64,000 bases of DNA, taken from positions 1,984,001 through 2,048,000 of the forward strand of contig CM035359.1 of NCBI GenBank assembly GCA_020137815.1. The letters are read 5' to 3'. The first letter of the stretch is position 1. Each line of letters begins with the position of its first letter. The position numbers and the translations under genes were made by a program. Below are positions 23,601-35,491 of this stretch, in pieces. The stretch is from Hormiphora californensis (Eukaryota; Animalia; Ctenophora). The notes under the pieces were generated by a model. That model ran no database searches. It had not been told where the DNA came from and worked only from the letters and a program-made list of their open reading frames with translations.

Positions 23601-26600
23601 GCAAGAATATGAGTTGTAAAAATACCATGAATTTCGAGTTTCCTGTACTGATGCTTGATCTTATTCCTAGGATACGACAACAACAATGATTACACGTGTT
23701 ACGCTAAGAATCAGATAGCCAATAATGAAGAAAAAGTTGCTACTTCAACCACTGTGACCGTTGAGGTTTCCAAGAAGGTTGAAGTGTCCATGGAACCAAC
23801 GAGGTAATGTGCTGGTATCATCAAGTCGGCTTGTCGTGATTAACGTCCTCGTAAAATATCAAAATTACTAACTTCTCTTCAGTGCAACAGATGTGAAGAA
23901 GTCAACAGGCTCAAACATCATAACATGTCATGTAGATGGTGGTGCTGCACCTTATCGTGTTACCCTCGATAGACCCAATTCACAGGACACCATTGAGTGG
24001 ACAGAAGATGGGTATGGTTATTTAAAATTACCTTTTGCATAAATACAGGCCAAGTGAACTTCAGGTGGTTAAACTAACATAATGTTTCCTTGTAGCTCAG
24101 TAAATTCATTGAATTGTGAAGAGGTAGACGTGCACGTCTACCTCGACATGTCGAATGTACTCAAGTGTACTCATACTCTTAACAAAGTGGACTATGCAGA
24201 TAGTGGTCAGTAAAAAAATGCAAACTTGTAAATGGTCTCTGGTGTCATTTCCCAATGGATTACATATGGTACATATAATGACTCAGCTCTCCCCTCTAGG
24301 AACGTTCACTTGTACAGGCTACAACGAGCTAGCTGATGGGGATACACAACAAACAGACACATCAACCTTAGACATCACTATCACATATGGTGTTCAAGTG
24401 ACTCTGTCAGCCTCGCCTACTGTTATAGCTGTAGGAGAGGCTATAATAGTAGCAAGCTTTGGGGGTACTGTCACGGTTACGTGTGTAGCTGAGGGTGGAC
24501 GAACTCCCCATTACATGGTATGTCAGGGTAACTCACGTTAGACATATAAATTACGCGTTTTACCTATCGCAACACCGTTTAGACTAAAATACATATCAAT
24601 GTATTCAACAGAGGTTTTGTTACAGGAGTTGACTAAAGATGATATCCCACTGGTTATTTACAACACTGATGACACTAGCAGCAATATCCTGGCTGACAAA
24701 GTGGTTGCAAAAGATAACAAGTTAACTCTAATATACGAAATTAGCTCCATTGGTTTTTATGATAACGGAGTATATGAGTGTGAATCGAAAAACAAAGCCT
24801 TCAATAAAGCTATTGCAACTAATGGTCAAGAACTCGAAATTGTTGTTGGTAAGTTGATTTTAATGATTTTATAGTTTAGGATATTTATACATACTATATA
24901 ATATATAGTATATTTCCAACGCAACCGCGCCGGGATCAAGTCTTTATCTTTATTATATCAGGAGCCGGAAATATGATCAAAATGATTTGTCACGCACAAA
25001 AACATTCCGTGCAACCATTTAGTCTCTCGACTTATTTCAGAGAATGTGTTTTTGGGAACTCCCAGCTGTTTTTCTCTCCGGAACAATCCGTTGCAAAAGA
25101 TGACCTTGTGACAATTGAGTGCCGAGTGGGCGGTTTTCCAGAACCGACAGTAGGACTTTCCCTTCAAGTTGGCAAGAACAAGGTGTTTCTTGAACATACT
25201 TCTAAATTTTACAATTACAACACCGAAAATGCAGAAAGGGTTAGTTTCCGAATCTTGTAACGATGTTATTAATTACGTTCAACGAGTCGCCGTTTGGTAT
25301 TTTCTCGTCGGCAGGCGGCAATGCCGATCGTGTCTGTTGAAGACAGAACTTGGCTTCCTGCTTTCTCAATGTGTCACAAATTAGGTAAGATACTCATGGA
25401 ATATAGTTCCATCTCTAGATGCATGTTTCATGTAGGTACTTACGGTGACGGTTATATTTGAATATTTTTCAACCTGTGACGATGCAAAATACACGTGTAC
25501 AGCTGTGGAAGGTGGAGATGAAAGTAACAAAGTAGCCCAATCTGTTTTCCAAGCCATCCCCAATTGTTAAGGGCTGTACAGGTATTCTCAAATCAATTGT
25601 ATCAATCATAGCTGAAGACGTCTGACATAGATCAGTCGAAAGCTCCTGTTCTTAATTGAATATTAGTACTGCAAAATCGTTGTTTCTCTTTAATTGTCAA
25701 TTGTATCAATTAGGGAGTTTAGGTACTTACTTAGGTACTTACTAACCATGAAGCTCTAAATTATAGCCCCTGCCTCACCAGGTAGTTTAAAAATAATTTC
25801 CCTCCAAAGACTGCAATTGTGCTACCCCAATATTCACTGATTCTACTAATTTCATGCCAATGCCTCAGATTTCAGGCCATTTATTATCGGAGGTGGTGTT
25901 GGAGTTGGTGGGTTTATCTTGGTGGCAGCTATTATCATTGTGATTATCCTCCTGTTTGTGTGGGTCAAGAGGCGGGGACGCAAGAAGGATACCATCACAG
26001 ACCAAACCAATGAAGCTGCTTTTAGGTGCGTATAAAGTAATTTTGATATAGCTGATTCTTGCTCTTTTAGACTTTTATAATCTGATGCAAACCAGTTTCT
26101 TTTCTCAGGAATGAAACCTTTTCGAATTCACCAGCAACAGCACCGCCAGGTATTTTATCACACAATTTCACGGCAATTTTGCATTTGCGGGCATCGCACT
26201 ATAGACGCAGTACCCACGTACTATAGACGCATTATAAACGCATTATAAACGCATTATAGACACACGCAATATAGACGCAATTTCGTAAGCAGCACTATAG
26301 ACGCAATATAGACGCATTATAACAGCAATATAAACGCATTTTTATAGACGCGACGCAGTATAGCCGCATTATAGGCGCACTACCCACCCCAAAATCACCT
26401 TATAGACGCACTATAGACGCATTATAGACTGACTATAGCAGCACCATAAACGCTACATAGACCCATATAGACGCATGATAGAAGCATTATAGACGCAAAT
26501 CGCTTTTTATAGACGCCGCGTCTATAAAAAACGTGCTTTTTTAAGAAGCACTATAGACGTACTCAGACGCACGCTGCCATATTTGAGGCGCAGTTGGGCG

Positions 26601-28977
26601 AACTATAAACGCATTTTTGTCGCATATAAAAGGAAGCAGTATAGACGCATTATAGACGCATTATAGACGCATGTGCGCGAAATCGATAAAGACGCAATAT
26701 AGACGCAATTAATAAGAAGGAGAGGGAGAGAGACTAGAGGGAGGGAGGGAGGGAGAGAGACTAGAGGGAGGGAGGGAGGGAGAGAGACTAGAGGGAGGGA
26801 GGGAGGGAGAGAGACTAGAGGGAGGGAGGGAGAGGGAAGGAGAGGGAAAGAGGGAGGGATACAGATCTGAGACAGATGGGGGGCCCCCCAAAATGTCGCT
26901 CGGCAATTTCCGCATTGGCTCGGTGATTGGTTCGGTAACAACAGGTGGTTTGCCGAGCCATGCGGCCTTGTGCGGTAAGTTTTCGGCGACCTCCTTGACT
27001 CTCCGAACCACTGGTTCGGCAAACCACCTGTTGTCACCGAACCAATCACCGAGCCAATGCGGAAATTGCCGAGCGACATTCTGTCCCTGTACCCCTCCCT
27101 CAGTCCCTCCCTCTCCTTCCCTCTCCCTCCCTCCCTCGCCTCTCTCTCCCTCTCCTTTTTATTTTGCGTCTATATTGCGTCTTTATCGATTTCGCACACA
27201 TGCGGCTATAATGCGTCTATAATGCGTCTATACTGCTTCCTTTTATATGCGACAAAAATGCGTTTATAGTTCGCCCAACTGCGCCTCAAATATCGCACTG
27301 TAGCCTGGAGTACGTCTAAAGTGCTTCTTTAAAAAGCACGTTTTTTATAGACGCGGCGTCTATAAAAAGCGATGTGCGTCTATAATGCTTCTATCATGCG
27401 TCTATATGGGTCTATGTAGCGTTTATGGTGCTGCTATAGTCAGTCTATAATGCGTCTATAGTGCGTCTATAAGGTGATTTTGGGGTGGGTAGTGCGCCTT
27501 TAATGCGGCTATACTGCGTCGCGTCTATAAAAATGCGTTTATATTGCTGTTATAATGCGTCTATATTGCGTCTATAGAGCTGCTTACGAAATTGCGTCTA
27601 TATTGCGTGTGTCTATAATGCGTCTATAATGCGTTTATATTGCGTTTATAATGCGTCTATAGTACGTGGGTAATGCGTCTATAGTGCGATGCCCGCAAAT
27701 GCAAAATTGCCCAATTTCACAGCCCACGCCAATTTTATTTTGTTTGGGAGTATGTGGAGATGCAGGGTATACCGACTAGACTATTTTACCAGAAATGTTC
27801 ATATGAATTAATAATGACCTCATTTCCACTTCATTTTTTCCCTGCCCGGGTGAATGCCGAAGGCATTCACCCGGATGCCTTTTTACTTTGTAAAAAGGCA
27901 TAGCATGGTTAGAATTCGAAAACGACATTTTGGTATACTAACTAATCGGTAGAGGGACCATTTTGGTCACACTTTCGTTGCGAGGGCAACGGCGTAGCAA
28001 CTAGAGCCGCGCGCACAACAACACGGTGCTCCTTCATCAAAACTTCCAATGACGCGATTCCTTGGACGTGGTGTGCGCGCACCACTCAGCAAAACATGAA
28101 ATAGCGCTGCCGCGCGTTTCGCGTGTTACATACACATGATCATCTTGCGAGTCGAATGTGAAAGGTTAGATAAGTAGTTAAGTTGGAATGTCAAAAGCTA
28201 GTTAGCAAGTGTCATGTGAGTTAGCTAAGCTATGTGAGAAGTATACTGACAGCTAGATCGTATGCATCTCACATTACATTACGACCAAGCCTTGCATTGA
28301 TCCTGTTGGCAGTGATACGTGAAACGGTAGGGCAGGGAAACACAGCATTATGAATACATAATGCAATAATTCTTGTTGGGTAAATGAGGCTCGTACAACA
28401 ATTCATATGAGGTTAACATGTTAACATCCATGATTAGGTCAATACGAACTGTCCTCATATGATACAATTGACCCGGAAAGACAGGCATACATGGTAAGAA
28501 TCAATTTCGTACTTTTGTTATATGAGACATCGATAAAACATTTTCTTTTGAACCACAGTCAACGTCATTCCACCCCTCCCCCCCCCTCAGCTCAGAAAGA
28601 AAAAGGAAAGAGAATCGTACGTAGTCATGAAGCCCTCAACCACCTCGGTAAAAGCTTACAATTAAATTTCCTGTGTCATACCTTACACTACCTCACTGTG
28701 GTCTGAGCGATTCAGACTCTGAATGGCTCAGTGAAAAGGTACATAAAACGAGACCCGGATCTCTCTCCTATAATAGGTCCCCGTGTATAATGATGATGTG
28801 GATGTTATTAGAAACAGTCCTACACGATTTCAAGAAGAACCTATTTATATTCCACCCGTCTACGAGCATATGGAGGTGGTGAGATTGAAAGAGAGTATTT
28901 ATAATGTTCATGTTTATGTTTATTGTTTACTTTACTTGGCGCCAAATTATCATGTACATGTATGGGTATATGTATAG
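17641..28977 (+). CDS. Type-I membrane multi-Ig-domain receptor, gene A: signal peptide, 5-Ig module x2, 6 further Ig domains, TM, Tyr-motif tail
   Basis: Exons 17641-17678, 17773-17810, 18199-18498, 18571-19311, 19431-19718, 19799-20092, 20207-20506, 20580-21320, 21416-21700, 21781-22074, 22242-22532, 22820-23062, 23199-23366, 23440-23568, 23671-23803, 23883-24011, 24096-24205, 24300-24517, 24626-24848, 25041-25239, 25436-25581, 25767-25781, TM 25869-26025, 26109-26149, 28438-28493, 28591-28647, 28777-. Signal peptide MQFFHLAPILFELLFPCLLVISSEA; C..W..DxGxYxC Ig motifs; TM FIIGGGVGVGGFILVAAIIIVIILLFVWV then KRRGRKK. One +1 T near 25548; stop position uncertain. Confidence 0.88.
22598..22769. 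mobile_element. Tc1/mariner-pogo-type MITE (TA TSD) in an intron of gene A
   Basis: TIR cagtcggaccccgattta; absent from B copies; family members at 35492-37897 and 55600-55778. Confidence 0.85.
25607..25696 (+). ncRNA. Minimal type-I hammerhead ribozyme motif in a short Penelope-like insertion
   Basis: atag-CTGAAGA-cgt-ctga(cataga)tcag-tc-GAAA-gct-C-ctgt; palindromic AGCT stem III; flanked by repeated tcaattgtatcaat; degenerate copy at 13405-13495. Confidence 0.6.
26172..27711. mobile_element. Foldback/MULE-like element with ~540-bp inverted arms of 11-bp subrepeats
   Basis: TIR ggcaattttgcatttgcggg; 9-bp TSD CAATTTCAC; empty site in block B (~53740). Confidence 0.92.
27832..28377 (+). mobile_element. 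Helentron-associated HINE-like element
   Basis: Same subTIRs and 3' hairpin as 1228-1868; inserted in a T-run; empty site in block B (~53860). Confidence 0.75.
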
Positions 28978-29594
28978 GTACCCGATACATATACACCTTC
29001 ATCTTTGTACAGTATACAAAGTATATAAGATTAGAGTGAAATACACAGTATTTCACTCTAATCTTATGATGTTACTAAGGAAACGGTGCGGTGTCATCGG
29101 ATACCCGAAACTCGAAAGAGTACTGACTTGAAACACCTCAGTAATTCTATGGCCATGAGGGCGCTGAATATCGAGAGAGACCATCCTGCTTACGTGATTC
29201 AGCGTATCAAAATTAGTCGGAAAAGTGCCCTCACATAAGCATCTGGGCTGAAAATTTTCGACCGCTTTAAAGCGGTCGAAAATGTTCAGCCCAGAACTAT
29301 CATATTACCCTATGTTCTTCCGAACCTCCAAATTTAATTGTCTCTATCTTATCTTTATGATCTTTATAGCACACGTGCTAAAACGATCATCCGGATGAAT
29401 ACTGCCCTTCGGGCAGGGAAAAATCCGACTTTATGTAACGCGCGATGAAATGTTTGCAAAGAAAGTCCTCTCGCAACATTCAACGTAATTCACACGTGTG
29501 CGCGCGGGGAACCGGGAAGGAGTTTTTTTATTATAATGCAAATTGCAAATGATGAGTAATAATAGTAATAAAAAACTCACTCCCGGTGTGCAAA

Positions 29595-29873
29595 AAAAGC
29601 AAAGCAAAGCAGGCCAGCTAGGATAAATCCATTGCAGGGGGTGCTGATATCCCTTTCAATCGCGTCAGCCACGGTCCTTCCGGCTTCCGGTACAGATTTC
29701 TCTGCAGCGTAGTCAGGCGCTACCCCACAACATACGCCCTCGTGTTGCTCTCGGGTCTCTCAAGAGAGCCCCTACCAATCATAGCTTGGTCGGCTAGACG
29801 ACATGCGCTAGACCAGGATCGAACCCGGGACCTAGTGCGTGAGAGGCGAGTGTACTAGCCACTACACCACCTT
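29595..29873 (-). mobile_element. tRNA-derived SINE
   Basis: Minus-strand head ggtggtgtagtggctag...gggttcgatcc (A and B boxes); (tttgc)n tail; TSD GGTGTGCAAA. Confidence 0.85.
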
Positions 29874-29927
29874 GGTGTGCAAATTGCATTCAAATATACA
29901 CATTGCATGCAATGTATGCATTGGCAA

Positions 29928-30746
29928 TAGGGTGTATAAGGTCCAAATGAGGCACGAAGTTTTTCTGAATCAGCTTTTCACTGTATGGCGGCGCCATACC
30001 CCATTTGATTCTCAGATGGGTCGCGGCGCCAGACAGGCTTTTCAAGACGAATCCAACGCAACCGGAATTAGCTTTCTATCTTATCGGGAAGGTGTGGTTT
30101 GCACTTTTTTAGCCGCGCGAGCCAATCAGAGGGCTGGATTTCGAAACTCTGGCCTCTGATTGGCTCGCGCAGCAAAAATGACTAAAAATGAGCGTGTGTG
30201 AACCGAACCACTCGACTGACACTCATCGTAACAAAACATGACAACAGGCTTTTAATGCATTGTCATCAGCAGGCAACTGTAATTCACAAAGTGAAACGGC
30301 CAACTAATCGCTTGGCAATCTTGCCCCCTAATTTGCCAACTTGCTTATTAGTGATGGGTGTTTACATCGCTCTCACTAGCACATGTATCGAATATCGATA
30401 CATGTGCTAGTGATGCGAAGAGTGCAGCTGAGCCAAGACTATCCGATCGTGAGAGTGTAGTAAATGCCCCCACACGCACACTGACTGACTGACATCGGCT
30501 CTGAATACAAGTCTCCAGACAGACCCACAATTACACCCGACCAGACGCCGACGGAGTCATAGTAGTCCCTTCTACTACCGCACAGCTGCTACTCGATAGC
30601 ATTGCTCCCGGACGACTCAGCGATCCAAACCAAACCAAACCGAACCTTCCCGATAAGATAGAAAGATAATTCCGGTTGCGTTGGATTTGTCTTGAAAAGC
30701 TGATTCAGAAAAGTTCCGTGCCTCATTTGGACCTATTATACACCTA
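29928..30746. mobile_element. MITE
   Basis: Inverted ends ggtgtataa..ggtccaaatgaggcacg; absent from block B. Confidence 0.75.
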
Positions 30747-30858
30747 TTATACACCGTCAGACACTAATTGGCAATCGCATTTACATGTTCCCAGTCTGTC
30801 AGCCGCTCAAATATCTTTCCTTGAAATTTGAAATTTCTGAATTTTATTTATTATTTAA

Positions 30859-32248
30859 GGGTACGCCGACCGAAATTTTTTTTCGAGTGCAGGGAAATCT
30901 CTCGCCGTAGGGTTGTAGGCCATACCAAGGAGACCTCAAATATGCAATTTTAGCCCTTAAGTCGAATTCATATTTTTGCTACAGCTGTTTAAAAAATGTC
31001 CTGTAAATACGTTTTTGGCATCTCAAAAAATTTTTTCTAAAGATAGGAGCATGAAAATTTGGGGATTTGAAAAGGACATGAAGGTGAATAACCACAAAAT
31101 TTTTTTTTGCAATCCGAGCTGATTTCCGGTCCTGAGATGAATTTCTTTTTTTCCACTTTAACGCCCTATTTGGCAAAGTTCCGAAAACATGTGAAAGCTG
31201 TAAATTGGTGAAAAGTTGCGTCTAACGATTATCTAAGTGGCCATAAATTTTGGGCGTGTCCTTATTTGAGATAAGCTGTACAGAGGTTTTTTTGTGAAAG
31301 CCGTCATTTCAGAAATAAATAAATTTCCTGTATCTCAAAAAACGACTGATCGTAGAGACCTGAGACTATGCTTAAACGATTCAGAAGGTCCGATTTTGGG
31401 GGGGTCTTCTGAGAGACATTTTGCTCCTACTTCAACCGTTTTTGCTGTAATTGCGAAAAACAAATTCTATGAAAAGGGCAAAAGCTAAACTCCAATATCC
31501 TGTAATTAGGGAATTTTAGCTAAGAAAGGACCGAAACTATGGAAAAGTGTGTAACAAGCTAATTCCTTCACTATTTGGTCCATATGGGTCCCTATAATCA
31601 CCAAAAACAAAATCACAAAAAATCCACGATGGCGAAGATGGGTTTTTGTTTTTCGCAATTACAGCAAAAACGGTTGAAGTAGGAGCAAAATGTCTCTCAG
31701 AAGACCCCCCCAAAATCGGACCTTCTGAATCGTTTAAGCATAGTCTCAAGTCTCTACGATCAGCCGTTTTTGAGATACAGGGAATTTATTTATTTCTGAA
31801 ATGACAGCTTTCACAAAAAAACTCTGTACAGCTTATCTCAAATAAGGACACGCCCAAAATTTATGGCCACTTAGATAATAGTTAGACGCAACTTTTCACC
31901 AATTTACAGCTTTCACATGTTTTCGGAACTTTGCCAAATAGGGCGTTAAAGTGGAAAAAAAGAAATCCATCTCAGGACCGGAAATCAGCTCGGATTGCAA
32001 AAAAAATTTTTGTGGTTATTCACCTTCATGTCCTCTTCAAATCCCCAAATTTTCATGCTCCTATCTTTAGAAAAAATTTTTTGAGATGCCAAAAACGTAT
32101 TTACAGGACATTTTTTAAACAGCTGTAGCAAAAATATGAATTCGACTTAAGGGCTAAAATTGCATATTTGAGGTCTCCTTGGTATGGCCTACAACCCTAC
32201 GGTGAGAGATTTCCCTGCACTCGACAAAAAAATTCGGTCGGCGTACCC
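30859..32248. mobile_element. Foldback element with ~620-bp inverted arms, inserted at TTAA (Kolobok-like)
   Basis: gggtacgccgaccgaa...ttcggtcggcgtaccc; block B shows the empty ttaa site near 59946. Confidence 0.88.
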
Positions 32249-32260
32249 TGAAACCCTTAA

Positions 32261-32710
32261 AGGTTGACAAGATACCTAAAACTTTTCGTATACCGTCTTA
32301 TTTTGATTTATCATTAATTTTCAGCATTTTTTCAGAATTTTTTGTCGGCTAGAAATATGTGCAAAATAGGGGGCCTACTGACAAATGAGTGTGCCTTTTT
32401 TAAAATTGATACCGTAATATCTCCGGTTCCTGATGAGATACAGAAACCGTTTTGATAGCGTTGGAAAGGTCTTATTGAGATCAATCCAACGCAACCAAGA
32501 TCAAGTCTTTATCTTTTGAGGAACCGGAAACGTGAATTTCAATTTGCGAGACGCAGTGAGTGTGCCCAGTAAAACCAGTGCTGACAATATCGGTAGACCC
32601 CCTATTTCGAATTTTTTTCTAGCCGACAAAAAATTCTGAAAAAATGCTGAAAATTAATGATAAATCAAAATAAGACGATATACGAAAAGTTTTAGGTATC
32701 TTGTCAACCT
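32261..32710. mobile_element. Kolobok-like MITE with TTAA TSD
   Basis: ttaa-aggttgacaagatacc...ggtatcttgtcaacct-ttaa. Confidence 0.85.
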
Positions 32711-32835
32711 TTAACTTCATTTCTTTTTCAGCTGGATCTAAGGACGAATTAGACGGATTCAGAGCCTGGCCCTGGATTTATCTTGGAAAATCAAACTGTT
32801 TTAAATTTACCCTGGACTTTAGATTTTAGTTTTTC

Positions 32836-33025
32836 AATATTGTTGTTTCAGTAGGCCACAAGAGAGCTCTATCGGCGTGGAACCGAGAGCAGATAGTACA
32901 ACAAATAGAAACACGTTGGTTTACAAACAAATGTTTCGATCTTGCGATCTCATCAGTGTAACACTGATGAGATCGCAAGATCGAAACATTTGTTTGTAAA
33001 CCAACGTGTTTCTATTTGTTGTTGT
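32836..33025. ncRNA. Penelope-like pLTR insertion containing two head-to-head minimal hammerhead ribozymes
   Basis: CTGATGA-gatc(gcaa)gatc-GAAAC-attt-GTT on both strands in a palindrome with 62-bp arms (32898-33022); 14-bp TSD gattttagtttttc; empty site in block B. Confidence 0.8.
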
Positions 33026-33080
33026 GATTTTAGTTTTTCCACGATTTTCTTTTCCTAATCGGCCGATATCGGACTCTATA

Positions 33081-33640
33081 GTCGAATTTTTTAATCAAGG
33101 GACAGGGGGCCGCGCATTTACAAAAGTCTTTTTGCGCGTGCTAAACGTTTTCGCTCATATCTCCTGTTCCTGATCATAAGATAAAGACTTGGTCTTGGTT
33201 GCGTTGAAAAGGTCTTTAAATTATCTTTCCAACGCTTTTGGGTTCAAGTCTTAACACGGCGTCATACACATTTCTATTTGGAATTTCTATCTGGCATTTC
33301 TATTTGGAGTTTCTATCTGAAAGAACCGCACGTGCAGATGCGCCGCGCCCGGCTCAAATTCACGTCCGAGATTAAAGAGAGAGACACACATTAACGTTAT
33401 ACTATTGTCTCTCACTCTCTCTGGAAAAACCGCACGTGCAGATGCGCCGCGCCGCGGCTCAAATTCACGTGCGTGTTATACAGATTCTGACAGAAAATAC
33501 GAGCAAGAAATTCCAGATGGAAATGTGTATGACGAACTGTTAAGATTGCCAGGAACTTGATCTCGATTATCACGCGCAAATACAAAGCCGCGCGACCCCT
33601 CTGAATGCGCGGCCCCTGTCCCTTGATTAAAAAATTCGAC
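33081..33640. mobile_element. MITE
   Basis: TIR agtcgaattttttaatcaagggacagggg. Confidence 0.8.
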
Positions 33641-33650
33641 TTTAAGGGGG

Positions 33651-33854
33651 TAGTGGAAGCTCTTACGGTATTTCCCACGCCCCGTGGGAAAGTTTTCAAA
33701 CCGTGGGAAAAGAGAGATACATACAATAACATATAAAAAATAATTATTTTTTTATAGTTATTGTATGTATCTCTCTTTTCCCACGGTTTGAAAACTTTCC
33801 CACGGTCAAAAACTTTCCCACGGGGCGTGGGAAATACCGTAAGAGCTTCCACTA
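33651..33854. mobile_element. MITE with TAG termini and G-run TSD (Academ-like, tentative)
   Basis: gggg-tagtggaagctcttacgg...ccgtaagagcttccacta-gggg. Confidence 0.7.
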
Positions 33855-34542
33855 GGGGAGACACACTGAGGTTGGTCGGAAAACGTTAAAATCTGGGTGC
33901 CTTTCATTGCTAACAATTCGCTTGGAATGCGCTGCAGCCCCCTCATGCGCGCACCCCCGCAACGAGGGGACTGGAGGGAATGCCGCGCGCGCGTTTGGCC
34001 TGAGCCCGGCTGGGTCGAAAATAACTTTGCGGTCGAAAAAACGGCGGTGCTTATAACTTTGGCCCCTGAAGTCCGTTTTGCTTGATTCTTTCACTAGCTG
34101 TTAGATCTGACAATTATCTACCTTGCTGTTTTTGAGAGAAGTTAATTGGACTTGAGGAGGCTGAGCAATAGCCGTTCAAAGATTGGTTGTTTTCAAAAAG
34201 TGACGTCACAGATCCCTGCAGGGACACTTTGTTTCAAATTTGAATTAAAATCTCGAATTTTTTTATTTTACCGCACTCGATTTTGCGGAGTTTGGTTCAT
34301 ATCTCCTGTTCCTGATAAGATAGAGACCTGAAACCGGTTGCATTTGAAAGCTCTTATCTTCCTCTTTCCAACGCTACCAAAACGATTTCTGTACCTTATC
34401 TGGAACCGGAGATATGATTGATTATGTATTCCCCCCCAGCGCGGTATTCCCTCCAGGCCCCTTATATTATATTATAAGGGGCCTGCAACGTATGCCAAAC
34501 AATTCGCAGTTTTGGCGCGCGCGACGGGTTATATATCCGTTA

Positions 34543-35341
34543 AAGTCGGATTTTTTGAAGTTGTCACCCCCCTTCTCGTGCGCGGAATGTTTTTGCGCGT
34601 CACATCACATGTTAACATGTGGTGTGCGCGTCAAAATTGATAAATTTCACATGCGCGGTCATTTGGGTAAGCGGTAAAGGTTGACCCGTCCCCTGAGAAT
34701 TTAAAACTGTTTTGGCCATAACTCAGCCATTTCTTGACCAATTTGCAAAATCTTTGGCTCATTGGAAAGAGGGCATTGAGATCTTTAAAATGAGCTCAAT
34801 AAAATGAAAATTGGCGCAAATTGCGCGGCGTAGTGGCGAAAACGCGCATTTTGCGCCATTACCCCGCGCAAAGCCGCGCAATTTGCGCCGATTTGGATTT
34901 TCTTGGGCTCATCTGAAAGAGCTCAATGCCCTCTTTCCAACGAGCCCAATATTTTGCAAATTGGTCAAGAAATGGCTGAGTTATGGCCAAAGAAAAATAA
35001 AATTCTCAGGAGACGGGTCAACCTTTACCGCTTACCGGTCATTTGGGGGTGACAACTTCAAAAAATCCGACTTTAGGGTCTGGTTAGGGTTTGGTTTATG
35101 GTTATCGGTTAAAGTCTGATTTTAAATAACTGTCGTTTTTACCGCACTCGATTTTGCTCTATTATTACAATAACTCCGGTTCCTGATGAGATAAAGACTT
35201 GAAACTTGGGGGTTGCGAAGAACATGCTAATTTCTTCCTAACCTTCAAATTTCAAGTCTCTATCTTATCAGGAACTGGAGATATTGTGATAATAGAGCAA
35301 AATCGAGTGTGGTAAAAACGACAGTTATTTAAAATCAGACT
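34543..35341. mobile_element. Cluster of Kolobok-like MITEs, with a nested MITE at ~34667-35036
   Basis: TIR pairs agtcggattttttgaag, ggtaagcggtaaaggttgacccgtc, agtctgattttaaataac. Confidence 0.75.
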
Positions 35342-35491
35342 ATAGGGCTATCGATTCTCTAACAGATACCGTTTAGTTTACGCGCGCGTTCAACTCTCAA
35401 CCTCGTGACACACACTGAAGTTCGAAGTTTCGCGGAAAAGTTCGAAGTTTCGCGAAAACCCATTTTCGGCTGAGAAATCATTTGTAAGATA

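Larger units (their letters stand above)
17297..33078 (+). repeat. Block A of a large tandem duplication (or uncollapsed haplotype) with block B at 38940-60119
   Basis: Shared start actttctctgaggc.ggagacacactgaag and shared end ggccgatatcggactcta; colinear gene and flanks differing by TE insertions. Confidence 0.9.

Noticed and set aside
28450-28600. ITAM in the receptor tail
   Set aside because: YDTI-x6-YMLR lacks the second YxxL/I
29070-29145. Third hammerhead (GAAACTC-GAAA-GAGTA stem; also at ~59070)
   Set aside because: No CUGANGA core in a compatible position
29805-29873. tRNA gene
   Set aside because: Acceptor and anticodon stems do not pair properly; it has a body, simple-repeat tail and TSD, so it is a SINE head
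30979-32128. Mirror-image ORF pairs (also 55937/57818, 26603/27057)
   Set aside because: By-products of foldback inverted arms, with no protein motifs
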